DNA of 63,430 bases, filler included, from Rhabdomonas costata (GCA_019059605.1; 40 parts of 40 records of this genome joined end to end with filler, not necessarily neighbours in it), one strand, 5' to 3'. Positions 24,611 to 36,837 are shown, counted from the first letter of the whole stretch. The notes: a model not told the origin generated them from the sequence alone. Program-made: numbers and translations.

Positions 24611-27059
24611 CACTTGAGAGAGAGAGAGAATGCAAGGCTGTGATAGTGCGGCTCTGGGTCATGTGGGATGAAGATGAAGTAGCTCATGTGGTATTGCTCG
24701 ATGATCCAGTGGCCGAGGAAGTATGCCCCAGCGCACGTAGTTGTACCTGACACTCAGCTACGGCTGGCAACACCATCGTCTACGCGCACTGGATGCAGTG
24801 ACAGGAGAGGCCACACCCCACAGTAGGGTAAGGCGTAGGATATACGGTGAACACACACACGTATATGCCGTAGTAGTAGTGCTGGATGAATACGCCATGC
24901 ACGCAGCTATGGGTCAACATATGCAGTGGGTGTCAGTAACTCAGCTCCTAACGCTAAGCCTGAGTGTGCGATGGAGGTGAGCTTGGTAGATGCCCTGACT
25001 CACGTTGGGTATATCTGCTAAGCCTCCAGTGGTGATGCTGCTACCTCTACGGGGAGTCACATCCTTGCGTAGAGTAACCTAGCAGTGGCAGTGCCAACAT
25101 AACCGTGGGGATCGGCATAGTGGTAGTGAGTGTAACCCTACGCATAGGTGTAAGGTGAAGCTCATGGTCGCTACGCTCAACCCACCACAGTGGTTATGTC
25201 AGCCTGTCAGTGTCGGGATGTATGTCTACGCGTAGCAGTGGCTGAGTTGGCAGAGGCTAACGATCCCACAGTGGGTAAAGCTGCGTAGTGGAGGGCGTAT
25301 TCATCCACCACCACANNNNNNNNNNNNNNNNNNNNNNNNNNNNNNNNNNNNNNNNNNNNTTAATTAATTAANNNNNNNNNNNNNNNNNNNNNNNNNNNNN
25401 NNNNNNNNNNNNNNNGGGTTGTTGGAACCGTGTGGTGATGCCAAGTATACAAAGTGAGACCTTGTAACCGTGGCTGAAGACGTCCCCGGCTTCGACGAGA
25501 ATGCACATTTCCTGGGATTCACGGTGAAACCCAAAGATTGGCCTCGGGCATTTCGAGAGGAATGGCCTGACTTACAGCGTGCACCCATAACATTCGGCCG
25601 TAGTACATTGGACGCCCCCACCCTATTGGTACTACTGGTACCACTCCCGCTGCGCTTACCACAGCCCAGCATTCGAGGAACGCAGCTGTCTTTCGGAGAC
25701 AGCAGGTGGGAAATGGGTTGTGAAAGGTGCTTCTGAAATCATGCTTCAACTTTTGATGCGGCGGTGCAAACATTTTTTATTTGGCGAACTCAAAAAAGTA
25801 GGAGACCAATCCAGAGCACACCAAAGACCAGTTTCTCCCCTGAAAACCCAAATTCAGACCAAAAAAACAATCGTCTCAAAATGGCTTGAAAAAGAGACTC
25901 AAATCAAAAGACGGGCGAAGTTCATTTGCTTTGGGATACCAACGAGCTCAATAAACAATGTTTTTGTAAAACCTCTAGTAAAGTGTCTCATTTTTTGGAC
26001 AAAAAGGAACGCCAAATAAAAGCGTCATAAGTTCGCCCAAAAAAGTGTCCACCGCGATATTCCCAACGGTGCTGACATTCCACCGCACTCCCGTCGTTCG
26101 TTCGCCCGCCGACGCCCCGGGAACTCCATTCAACTTTGACAACCACTCAATGTACACAACGAAGCAGCGTGAGTAAGTGAGAGGCGGGGAGGGGAAGGGA
26201 CAAAATATGTTTTTTTTGAGAAAAATATCACCCTACTACGTATCCCAATGTGGCAAACCAACGCACCCCTTCGTCGGGAAACGGTGAGGAGCTTTGCCTT
26301 TCGGTCCGACAGCATTCTCTTTCTCTGTTTCTCTCTTTCTCGCGCCTATTTTCCGAACGCGCCCCCAAAGGGAAGCAAAAAATGAAAAAACAAAAGCCCT
26401 AAAGGGCGTACAACATCGAAAAAGGGAGAAATGATGTATGTGCCCTCTTTTCCCTCCGGAAAAATGCCCAGCAAGGGGAAGAAGGACAGGGGGGCCCGGA
26501 ACAAAACCCGTCCCCGCTCCCCAAAGGAGAGAGTGAAGGAACGAGCCCTGAGGTAGGGATGTTCGGGGACCGCCCCAAACACACACAAGGAAACGCACAC
26601 GAGCACACCGCACGCACCCACGCGCGGGCACAAGTGCGGGCTCAGCGAAGGAGCGAAGGAGCGCGCTGGGGTGCATCCCATCGCGGGCGGGCCTCACGGA
26701 AAGACGGGAAAAAGGACCCGCACAGGCGCAGGCCTTTCCCTACCTCTCTTCTCTCTCTGTTTCTGAGACGGCGAAGCCAGCACTGGGAAAAGGACCCGAA
26801 GGAGCTCACGCTGCGCAGCGGTGCACCAGCGCGCACCTCCTCACCTCAGAGACGGCTGCAAACCTCATGGGTGTCTTAATAAGTATACTCTATGCACCCA
26901 CAACNNNNNNNNNNNNNNNNNNNNNNNNNNNNNNNNNNNNNNNNNNNNTTAATTAATTAANNNNNNNNNNNNNNNNNNNNNNNNNNNNNNNNNNNNNNNN
27001 NNNNGTTTGTTGGTTCATGCAGTCCACCGGCATACCACCTGGCATGGGGATATCAAGCA

Positions 27060-27650
27060 TTTATTCTTACATGTAATAGAAGGAAGCATTCGAGGTACCG
27101 AGAATGCTGACGTAGAGGTGAACGAGCGTACCGCGCAGCGGGGAGTGAGTGAACAACGCATTTAGGAGGAAGGATGACGACCGGAGGGAGTCATCCTGAC
27201 GACATCAAAGCATTTTACTCTCCTTGTCGTCTGCATGCTCAGTCCTTCGCATGCCTCCTCCACTCACCCTCCCTCACTCCACCACCATAAGGTGCTTACG
27301 TTCGGTCTTCTCTTCTTCTTCTTCTAGGGGCCCCACGTAACGCAGTGAAGTGGGGATAGGAGGCATGAACGCAGTGAATGCCGACACGTATTAGGAGTGA
27401 TGCGAGGGACCGAGCATCACGACACGTAGAAAGGAACGAACGAGCGTAGCGAGTGAGTGACATCTCTTCTTCTATCTCTTCTGTATCCTGAGGTCTCGTA
27501 ACCGCCTTAGGGTGGTGGAGAGACCGAACCATCACATTTAGGGAGTGACGAGCGCAGCGAGTCACGACCATCAAGAACATCTTTTATGCATTTACTATAC
27601 GTGTCTCTTCGCATCCTTCCACCACCATAAGGATGCTTACAGGATGCTCC
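27060..27650. repeat. Degenerate tandem duplication, unit about 320-340 bp
   Basis: Ordered blocks GAACGAGCGTA, GAGTGAGTGA, CATTTAGG, CTTCGCAT and CCACCACCATAAGG(A)TGCTTAC each occur twice. Confidence 0.7.
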
Positions 27651-27839
27651 GACCGGGCGAGGCCGGAGGGAATACCATGAGAGGGTGAAGGTTGAAGGCT
27701 TACCCTTAGAACACGAAGGATGGGTCACGCAGTGGAGCCATCCGTAGTAGAAGGCACCTGCGGTAGGAATGCATCTAGGGAGCAACGAAGAGGGGTTGGA
27801 GATCTCTGGCATCTAGGCATTCTTTCAACGCTGGTAGTA

Positions 27840-28492
27840 GTGGTTACCTTTACCCTTACTTCACCACGTAGCCTTCAACCCAAGACCTCCAACCCCAACT
27901 CCTCAACCCACGAAAACAAGAAGCCAAGAACCCAACACGTAACTCCGAAACATAAGCGTAGTAGAAGCACTGGTAACACGAAGACACAAAGACGTAAACC
28001 CGTAGAACCTGAAGACGTAAAAACACGAACCCTGAAATCCACACACACCCCAAGAATGCCAAGAATGCCAACACAACAAGCAGAGTACACAGTAGGACAT
28101 TGACACAAACAGAGACCCTGAAGACGTAAATCCCACGAACCCCAAAACACGAACCTCAGAACCCAAACACACCCTACGCAAAGAAACACAAGAAGCAACA
28201 TACTCAGCTTGACATCGCACAGAACCCCAGACTACGCTTCGAGACACAAACGCTAAACCCTGAGACCTTACAACATAACCCCTCGGACCTACAAGCAACA
28301 ACAACAGTAACGGTAACGCTAAGCACAAACAACAACAGTAGCACTAACCCTACGCACAGAAACATAAACAGTAACAGGAACACTAACACGTAACACGAAG
28401 CATAAGGACAACAACACCGGATTAGCCAAGCACACGAACCCTAACGCATCAACCACCACGAACCCTTACACACACCCTTAACCAACACCCTA
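27840..28492. repeat. A/C-skewed degenerate CCCTAA-like hexamer tract
   Basis: T-poor plus strand; hexamer runs such as CAGTAA CGGTAA CGCTAA (28305-28322) and AACCCTAAC (28437-28445). Confidence 0.55.
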
Positions 28493-29164
28493 NNNNNNNN
28501 NNNNNNNNNNNNNNNNNNNNNNNNNNNNNNNNNNNNTTAATTAATTAANNNNNNNNNNNNNNNNNNNNNNNNNNNNNNNNNNNNNNNNNNNNCAGCCGGA
28601 AGGAAGTGTTCCGCCCAAAATAACCGCATCACAAACTTTGCTTCGGGCTCCTTAGTGGAATTATTGGTTCCTCGGTGTGAGTTTTTGGACGCCGCTGTTT
28701 GGGGCGAAAAGACTTAGTCTTTCTTCGCTCTTCTTTGCTCTCCTGTTGTCGTACCTTGTGCTTTTTGTCCCTTCCTCTCAACTTGCTTTTTACTATGTAT
28801 GTGTACAATTGTTTGAGTCTTTTCTGACACGCTACCATCCTTGCGTATGTTTTTCTTTGATTCTCTGTCATCCCGAAAAGTCATTGGCTCAGCACACGCG
28901 TGAATCTTGTTATTTTTCTACGGCTGTCAAAGTATTGCCCTTTTTCAATCTAATCCTCATAGATGCGCGCTCAAATTTATTGGGAAGATGGGCTCCGTGG
29001 CAAAGCTAGTCTTAAAAATGGGCCACAGGGACGGAGAGTAGCGCTAGCGCCGGAACATGTCGTACTTCACTGAACTTCAACTTCTTTTCTTTTCCAGTGC
29101 GCAATCTGTGTTTTTGGTGCATGTCCATGCTGTTCCGAAACTTCGTGCTAAGAGAAGTTCCAAA

Positions 29165-29341
29165 ATGACGAGCGATGGAGATGCCGTGCGGGAGTTGGAG
29201 TCAGTTCTCGTGCTACTGCGGCAGCTGCAGGGCAAGGACCGACGCATCGGGGAGCTCGAGGCGGAAGTGGATCTCCAGATGGGCCACACTCGGTCCATAA
29301 AGACGTCCGCCGCAGAGATTTCGAAGGCCCTGCATGAGGAG
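29165..29341 (+). CDS. Coiled-coil protein, probable first exon
   Basis: MTSDGDAVRELESVLVLLRQLQGKDRRIGELEAEVD...LHEE followed by a GTGTGG donor. Confidence 0.6.
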
Positions 29342-30330
29342 GTGTGGTGTGGAAATGGCGTCCCCTACTCCCCCGCTTCACTACCGAGGGAACCTATGGG
29401 AGAATGGTGATTGTCATGACTTGAAAATCAGGTTGTGGCGACCCAAAATGGGCGGACAGGTGGGTGGTCTGCCTTGGCATTTGGGTTTTTGATTTCCTTT
29501 GGATGCTGCTGGGTGAACGAATGATGGCTGGGTGTGGAGTGAATCCGGACAACTGTTAGAACCGGGTAGCCACCCCCCTTTCCACTTTTTGAAAGCAATC
29601 GTTCTGGTGAAGTTCAATAGTTGTGGTTTTGCTTACTTCGAATGTATTTGGGCATCTGTCGATGGTGCGGATTGTATTTCTGAAAGTCTTTGGAAGGTGT
29701 CTGGTGAGCGTAGGCATTCTGGTAAGTGAGCACTGCATGGGTGCGCGAATTCCCTTTTTTTGCCTCGTTAGATTGTGGCGCTGAAATATGCCCTGGCTGT
29801 GGCTCAGAGGGAAGGGGACCGGCCAGCGCCCACTGTACTGCGAATTTCCCAGGTCCACTGTTTGCCTGTTTACTTGGTTGAGAGAGCGAAGGGAGTGGGA
29901 ACCTGCGTTCGAAGTTAAAGCTTCTGACGGGTTCATAAACAACCCACAACCGCATCTTCCAGGGAAGAATTGTTCCATGCAAAAAAAGCATTCCGTCAAT
30001 GAAAAAAATGGTCAATGGTCAATGAAAATATTTCCCGCTTCCGGAATCCTTTTTTTGATGGTATCTTTCCACCCCACAAACNNNNNNNNNNNNNNNNNNN
30101 NNNNNNNNNNNNNNNNNNNNNNNNNTTAATTAATTAANNNNNNNNNNNNNNNNNNNNNNNNNNNNNNNNNNNNNNNNNNNNTGTGGGGGGGACTCCCCAA
30201 AGACGTATGCGATTTTCATACTCAGTGCTTGTGATTTCTACACTAGTGGTTGGTGTGGTTGGGCGGGTGATGGTGGAGTTAGCTGCTGGGGGTATCACAG
30301 GTGCGTTCTCCTGCGCGCACCTGCGCTGCC

Positions 30331-30461
30331 ATGGACTGCCCCAAGTATGAGTACGTGCTCAGCGCGCTGGTCGACCGTGTGCGGGTGCTGGAGGACAGCC
30401 TGGGCAAGCTGAGGCACCTCACGGAGAGCAACGGCAGCAACCCCAGCTCCTCCGCCAAAAC
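30331..30461 (+). CDS. Hypothetical protein exon (short coiled coil)
   Basis: MDCPKYEYVLSALVDRVRVLEDSLGKLRHL..., GC3-rich, ends at a GT donor. Confidence 0.5.
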
Positions 30462-31507
30462 GTGTGCCCCCTCTCCTCCGTTCACCAAGAGAGGGGAGGG
30501 GGCCATTCCGCGTGGGATGTCTGTGTTCGTGAAAAACTGCATCGTTCCTGTCAGCTATGGAATTGCACCAGTCGCCCTGTTCCACCTGAGCCATCCTGAC
30601 CACTTTCAGATTGTGAGCCGTGAAAGTTCGCGTCAAAGAACAAAGAAAGCGCAACTTCAATTGGGCACGACATCGTGTTCAGGAAGGAGAAACAATGTCA
30701 GGTTTCTGCTATACAAGCAATCGTTACGAAGTGCTCGAGACAGTGAGCAAAGAGGAGAGGCCACGGTGACACATTGGCCACAGTGACACATGTTTCGCGG
30801 ACTTTGCTTTTGCAACATGCTGCAAAGGTGTTTTAGAAGAGCTGGCAATCAAGCTTTTATCCTCAGCAGTGCAAAAAAACCAATGGATGTGTGATACGCT
30901 GACTGGAGCACTGGACCCACTGGCGAAGCGTGTGGAGTGCCTTGGCAGACGTTTTTGGGGCGTATGCAATGTCTGGTCATTCGAAAATGCCTCCCATCGG
31001 CCAAGAAGACATTGACGCTATATGAGTGTTTTGGGGCTTGTTGGGCAAACGAGTACCCCGCCGCCGCCGCCGCTCAACTCTTGCGTACAAATTGTAAATG
31101 TGAGCCGCTGTTCTTGTATATTGTCCCGTGCGTTTCTGGGGTTGTGTGTAAATCCGGCTCTCCTTTCAGAGAACCGTAACTTCCTGAAGTCAGCCGTCCC
31201 TGCACTTTCGTTGGGGGGGCACGCCGTCTCCCGCAGCCAAAGCAGTCAGTAAGAGAGTGTTTGTTGCTAGTTCGTGGCAGTAATGGTGAGAAAGGTATAG
31301 GCCGTCCGGCTCCGTTATCGACAGTTGTTGTCGTCCATGATCCAAAGCCAATCCCCCCACTTCGTCACCCGCATACTCTATCCATCTCACTCTCCGCTGT
31401 GACTGTGCTTTGAAGGAAGCGAAGCCCAACATACAACATACAACATACATACATACATGCACACACAACCAGGGACCAGCCAGCGCGCAATGCGCCCCCC
31501 CCCCACA

Positions 31508-31563
31508 CAAACAAACAAACAAACAAACAAACAAACAAACAAACAAACAAACAAACAAACAAA
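31508..31563. repeat. (CAAA)n microsatellite
   Basis: Perfect tetranucleotide run. Confidence 0.97.
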
Positions 31564-32128
31564 TACACTGTTTATTTTGATGCGATGACAAGAGAGAGCA
31601 GCTTTTTTCGCGAGTGTCCATCCATCCGCCTAGTTTGGCGAAGGACCGATATTCGATGTAGCGCTCCACAACNNNNNNNNNNNNNNNNNNNNNNNNNNNN
31701 NNNNNNNNNNNNNNNNTTAATTAATTAANNNNNNNNNNNNNNNNNNNNNNNNNNNNNNNNNNNNNNNNNNNNGTGGTGGGTGTGGGTGGGTGGGGGGTGG
31801 CACGCACAGGTTGTGCAGTCGTGCTGTTAGCCTAGGTAGGGGCTGGGTCAACCGTGTGTCAATCGTGGGTCAATCGGCTAATATAACGAAAGGTCCTATT
31901 CCCCCTTTATTTAGGCTAATAACACTCGGAAACGATACCCTATCGATTAAAGTTCAGTATTATTGTCATCCAATTCACGTCCGGAACTACGCAAAACAGA
32001 ACGGTAAGGTCTCAAGCTGAAAAAAAAATTGGGGTACCCCGCTCACTCCTACTTTCTTTATCTCCCTCCATCTCTCCCAAACCTCAACCACAAACCACAA
32101 CCTCATTTTGTCAACTGCAATTGTTCAG

Positions 32129-32311
32129 GGGCTCAACGAGTTTACCAAAGGGAGTCTCGATCAAGCCAAGAAGTGGTTCCAGGCGGCCCTTCAGGCCAAC
32201 CCCTCCGATGGCCCCTCTGCGCTGCTGCGCTCCCTGTGCGAGGAGAACCTTCAGGGGTGCAGCGCCCGATCGAAGCCCTGGGATGGGGTGATTCGTCTGG
32301 AACACAAGTGA
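32129..32311 (+). CDS. Class III adenylate/guanylate cyclase, C-terminal TPR-like tail (last exon)
   Basis: AKKWFQAALQANPSDGPSALLRSLC...WDGVIRLEHK-stop resembles the PxDxPS...WDGV...K terminus of bacterial-type cyclases. The catalytic domain is not in the contig. Confidence 0.7.
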   Translation, partial: GLNEFTKGSLDQAKKWFQAALQANPSDGPSALLRSLCEENLQGCSARSKPWDGVIRLEHK

Positions 32312-33773
32312 CGCCTACCCCACAAACTAGTGATGGGAGAGCGCAGCAGTGGTTGTGCGGTTGGGAGGCAACTGCTCGACCTTTCTGAGAGTGTTATTTG
32401 TCCTCCCCTATCGTGGTAGTTGTGCTGCCTTTGTTCATGGCTGCCTGAGCTTGCAGGATCCCCTCCCGTTTTGTGCTCGTAGCACTCTTTTGTACGTAAG
32501 AACGTATTCCCAACTGCCCTTCTGAAATCTTTCTCCTCGCTCCCTGCCCGCCTTTGCTTGTCCCCCGCCTAAGACCTGCACCTTTTCAGCCTTTTTTATC
32601 CGGTTGTTCAGCGTGTAGGCTGCATATTGTACTTTTCACTTTCTTTGCTCATTGAGACGCTCTTCTCAGGTCGCCTACTACCGCTGCTTCGCCTATATGC
32701 TCATGCCGCATCAGTGCTTTTTTTCACTCCTCGGGTTGCTGGGCCGTGGGTTGGTGGTGAAGGTTTGGCTCCAGAATATGTTTCTCCTAATGAACAGAAA
32801 TGGCATACGGACATGCCACAGTAGCATGGCGGTGGGGTGGGGACTGCAGCGCTGAAACTCGACCGTCTATTTACCCGAGGCGATGATCCGACTATCCCAA
32901 CCCCCATTCCATCCACCGAAAGTGCGGATGTGATCATCCTAGTGCATTTTTTTGCGCAGTAATCATCCCGCGAAACGTTGGCACCTTTCAGACCATACAG
33001 AGTACGGTCGGAGGACCTTGAAACCGCCTTGGAAACTGAACATGCATGCAAGTAGCTTGAATACCCCCAACCCCTTCGCGGCCGTTGTGTCGTTTCGGTT
33101 TTCTATGCTTGTCTCTGTCAGCTTTTCTGCGTCTGTTTTTCTTTTTCTTCTTCTCCCTTTTAGGGATCTTCACACTGAAGATTGATTCCCAGCAGTAGCG
33201 AGGGAGTCTGTTTGAAGAAGCCTCCCTCCTGTTGCGCTTCCTTCCTTCCCATTATTCAGAANNNNNNNNNNNNNNNNNNNNNNNNNNNNNNNNNNNNNNN
33301 NNNNNTTAATTAATTAANNNNNNNNNNNNNNNNNNNNNNNNNNNNNNNNNNNNNNNNNNNNCAACGGCACCTCTCGCGAGCACCCGTGGCCAACAGCGCG
33401 TGCGCCAGTCAGTCCCCAGTGGTCACCACCAACCAGTCAACCAGTCAACCAGGCAACAGCCAGCGCGCAATGCGCCCAACACACACACTTGGGATGTCAA
33501 GTTGGATACTAGCCCTTTTATTGCACTCTCGGTTCTCACTTCTGAAATATTGTCGTTTCTCGCTCCAACCCCGCATCGGGCTCGGTGTCGATGTCATCTG
33601 TGGTCATTTCCGGGAAGTTACCTGCGGATGCCGTGAAGATGGTGGTGTGTGTTGAATTCGCTGTGTCTGTGGGGCGAAAAGTCTCTTGCATCCTCACCGT
33701 GTCGTGTTCGTGCGTTTTCTGCCCAATCCCGATAAATGGTATCACTGCGGCTTTTTTTGTGCTGTGTTGCCAG

Positions 33774-34428
33774 CAAGCTGGAAGGGAAGCAGTTTGAGAA
33801 GTACGCCTCCTCGCCGCGATGCTGTGTCGGGGTCTCCTCCACGGGGGAGCACGTCGCTCTGGCCGGAGTGACGGGCCATGGCGAGCTTTTCGTGGTGTCG
33901 TTTGAGTTCCCTAGCGGGAACATGACCAAGGCCCGTGCCCGTCCCGCAATCCGAGTTCTCTAACCTTGTGCTTCTCTTATGTATGGTTTGGAAAAATAGA
34001 ATTCAGCTTTGGAACTGCTGAGCTGGTGAAAGGTGTCAGTACGCCTTCAGTTTTCCGTAATCCAAAAAAAGGCTAGCGGATTGTAAACTTGGACGCTGAA
34101 CGCAATGTTCACGTCTGGGTCTGGAGGTCTCGAGGCTTTATTGGCTTCCTTTCTCCAAAACTGAGCGCACGGCACTTACTTTGACTTTCCTTGCTCAGCA
34201 GCGAAAATATTAACTGTCATCACAAGGGATGAAAAGCGCAACACAGGTGGGCAGCCCGCAAGGGGATGGCTCACAGGTGTACAAGAGCGGGGGTGGAGGT
34301 GGCTCAGCGGATGGGCCGCTTTCCCCCACCAGCAGCCCCCTTGCCCCGCCCCAGCAGGTCGCGGTGTCGTCGTGCGGGCGGGTGATTGTGATGGTGACAA
34401 CCTCCAGACAGACCGTTGTGTTCACCAG
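33774..34428 (+). CDS. Beta-propeller (WD40-like) protein fragment; exons ~33774-33930, 34277-34428
   Basis: CVGVSSTGEHVALAG and QVAVSSCGRVIVMVT strand-turn-strand motifs; in-frame joining needs a GC-AG intron. Confidence 0.6.
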
Positions 34429-34953
34429 GTGTCCCCAACCCCCACTCCCACCTCTCTCGGCTTCCAAAAGGCGTTGAGTTGGGCTTGCAATCGATCCCCT
34501 TGCAACACCTAGAGGATCACAGGGCTAAGGATAAATAACTCGTCAGACACGCTATGCATCCCCACCTGCAGAAGAATGCAATAAAACCATTGGCGGAGCC
34601 CTACACCGGAAACGTTGAATCAGCCTTAGGGCTGAGGGGTTGGCAGAATGTTTTTAATGCAATAAAGAAAACATAAGTCAATTTTTGTCAGCTCTGAGTT
34701 GGTAGCTCACCGCCATTCGCCCGTTGTCTCCGTCTGCTGGCAAGGCTTCACTTGCAAAATGCTCCGCATTGCCATTGGAAATAGTTTAGCTGAGGTGGGT
34801 GTGAAGCGCGCTGGCGGTCTCCGAGTGGGAGTGGGAGGTGGCTTTGACTCACANNNNNNNNNNNNNNNNNNNNNNNNNNNNNNNNNNNNNNNNNNNNTTA
34901 ATTAATTAANNNNNNNNNNNNNNNNNNNNNNNNNNNNNNNNNNNNNNNNNNNN

Positions 34954-36443
34954 GGTTTTGTGTGGGACATTCGGTACAGCCTCTGAGCTGGTACCTTACT
35001 GTCCGGCTTCAAATCAATCCTGTGGTCCGTCCTCTTTGAAGAGGGTAACCCTCCGGGAACTGACGCTGGAAAGATGTGCTCAAATCCTTGATTGAGCCTC
35101 TGAATCTCTGGAGGTGTTGGTAACGCCGCACAATCGGGGCAACAAATGCTGTGGTCCACCTCTTTGATCAACTTTTCTACTTCCTTTCGAGGCGAATCTC
35201 GCAACTTTCTTTTGACCTTCCACTTAGTCTCCTGAGCCCTAGCAATGGCTCGCTGGTCTTGCTTGGTTGGAACAACCTCTTCCACCTCCAGTGCAGAAGC
35301 CACAACCTGTGGATGTGGATGGACTCCAACACTCTGGACGTTGGGACTGCTTGGGACGTCGCCTCCCCCCTCCCCTTCTATTGTGAGCTTGGGGGGGAAC
35401 GACCTCTGAACGTTCTGCGGCGGAGCAGTCAACTGTTTCACCGGGGCAACTTCCCCTTGCTCTGCCTCCAACATTCCTGTGGTGGGGCATGTGATTCGAA
35501 ATGAATCCACAGCTGGAAGCGCCTGGATGTCGTACATTCTTCCTCCTCTCCACACCTTGACATTTCTGCGCTTCCAATCAATCTGCGGTTGCAGCCTCGT
35601 TAAAAAGGGATAACCCAGCACCACTGGGATTGCAGTCTTGATAACTCTCAAAAACAATTTGATCGGCATGGTACCCAACCTTCCGAAAACTCGGGCAAAG
35701 TGCGTCACGGGAAGTCCTTCCCCGTTCGCAACCCTCACCGTAAGCTTCTGCTGCAACGTGTACCTCTGCAAACGGAATCTCTGGACAAACTGCTGACTTA
35801 TAAACGAATCTGAAGCGCCGGAATACAATAACGCCCTAACTTGGGTGTTCCCAATCCACAACGGCAAGAACATTAGTGGCTGAGTGGGGGAGGGTCTGGC
35901 AAATCTCACAAGAACCCAACCCCCTCTATCGCGTCTATCTGGAATGGCAACACGAACAGCGGGACCAGGGTTCTTCCTTCCCCTCTTCGAATGGTGTTCA
36001 CCGCTGTCTTTACTAAGTCATCCAAAGACTCCTCTGAAAACTTGTCTACTACCACGCTCCACTCGCAAAGCTCTGTGCAATGCTCGGACTCGGGGGATTC
36101 CTTCCAAATCTTAGGCGAGTGTCCCCCTCTGACCCTCAAGGAGATGTCTCCTTCGGATCCCAACACCACCAACTGCGGGTTTTCAACTTCTCGCTTCTCT
36201 TTAATTGGGCGGTTGCTGACGACCGCTGATTCTGCGTCCGTTCTCTTTTCTCCCCATAACACTTCGCGCAATTCCCTTCTGCTTTGGACCGATTCCGGCT
36301 CTTCCTTGCTCCGATTCAACGCCCTTTCCGGTCCGGAATCACTCCTGCCGTCTTCCGCTGACTTCAACATCATGACTCAGCCCATGCGTGCGCTTTCTGT
36401 CGAAGGGACTCTGACTCGAACTTCTGCACCCTCACCAACCCCC
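34954..36443 (-). mobile_element. Ty3/gypsy LTR retrotransposon pol fragment (aspartic protease to start of RT), inactivated
   Basis: VRALLYSGASDSFIS (DSG changed to YSG), VRVANG, VVLGYPFLTRLQPQIDW, then FPASVPGGLPSSKRTDHRIDLKPDSKVPAQRLYRMS. The upstream ORF is in a different frame. Confidence 0.9.
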
Positions 36444-36837
36444 NNNNNNNNNNNNNNNNNNNNNNNNNNNNNNNNNNNNNNNNNNNNTTAATTAATTAAN
36501 NNNNNNNNNNNNNNNNNNNNNNNNNNNNNNNNNNNNNNNNNNNTATTTGCGTTGCCCACTTTTACCATGAAAAATACTACACAACATCCACGGCGCACCA
36601 GAATTCCTGAAGAGGGTGAAGCTTTGGAGCTTTGTCTTCTGGCAAGGGCGGTGCTGAGAATCACATGCAAGGTGACCAGTGAAGTCGGCTTGCGTTGTTT
36701 AGCGACGCAAAAGGAAGTCGCCGCGAGATGAGAGATTTTTTAACATAACATTGGAGCTGCGAAGGAGGACAGCGGTCTGCCCCTCGTTTTGGTTGCGTCC
36801 CCTGCATCATGTTGTGCTACTGTCACCGCGGTGTTAC

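Noticed and set aside
28009..28143. Two CTGAAGA-CGT-N6/7-ACGAAC motifs as hammerhead ribozyme cores
   Set aside because: GAAC instead of GAAA, and no stems I/III or UH site; better explained as a local duplication.
27856..28389. Hydrophobic minus-strand ORFs as mitochondrial or edited genes
   Set aside because: All three frames look alike because of G/T skew; no respiratory-chain motif is recognisable.
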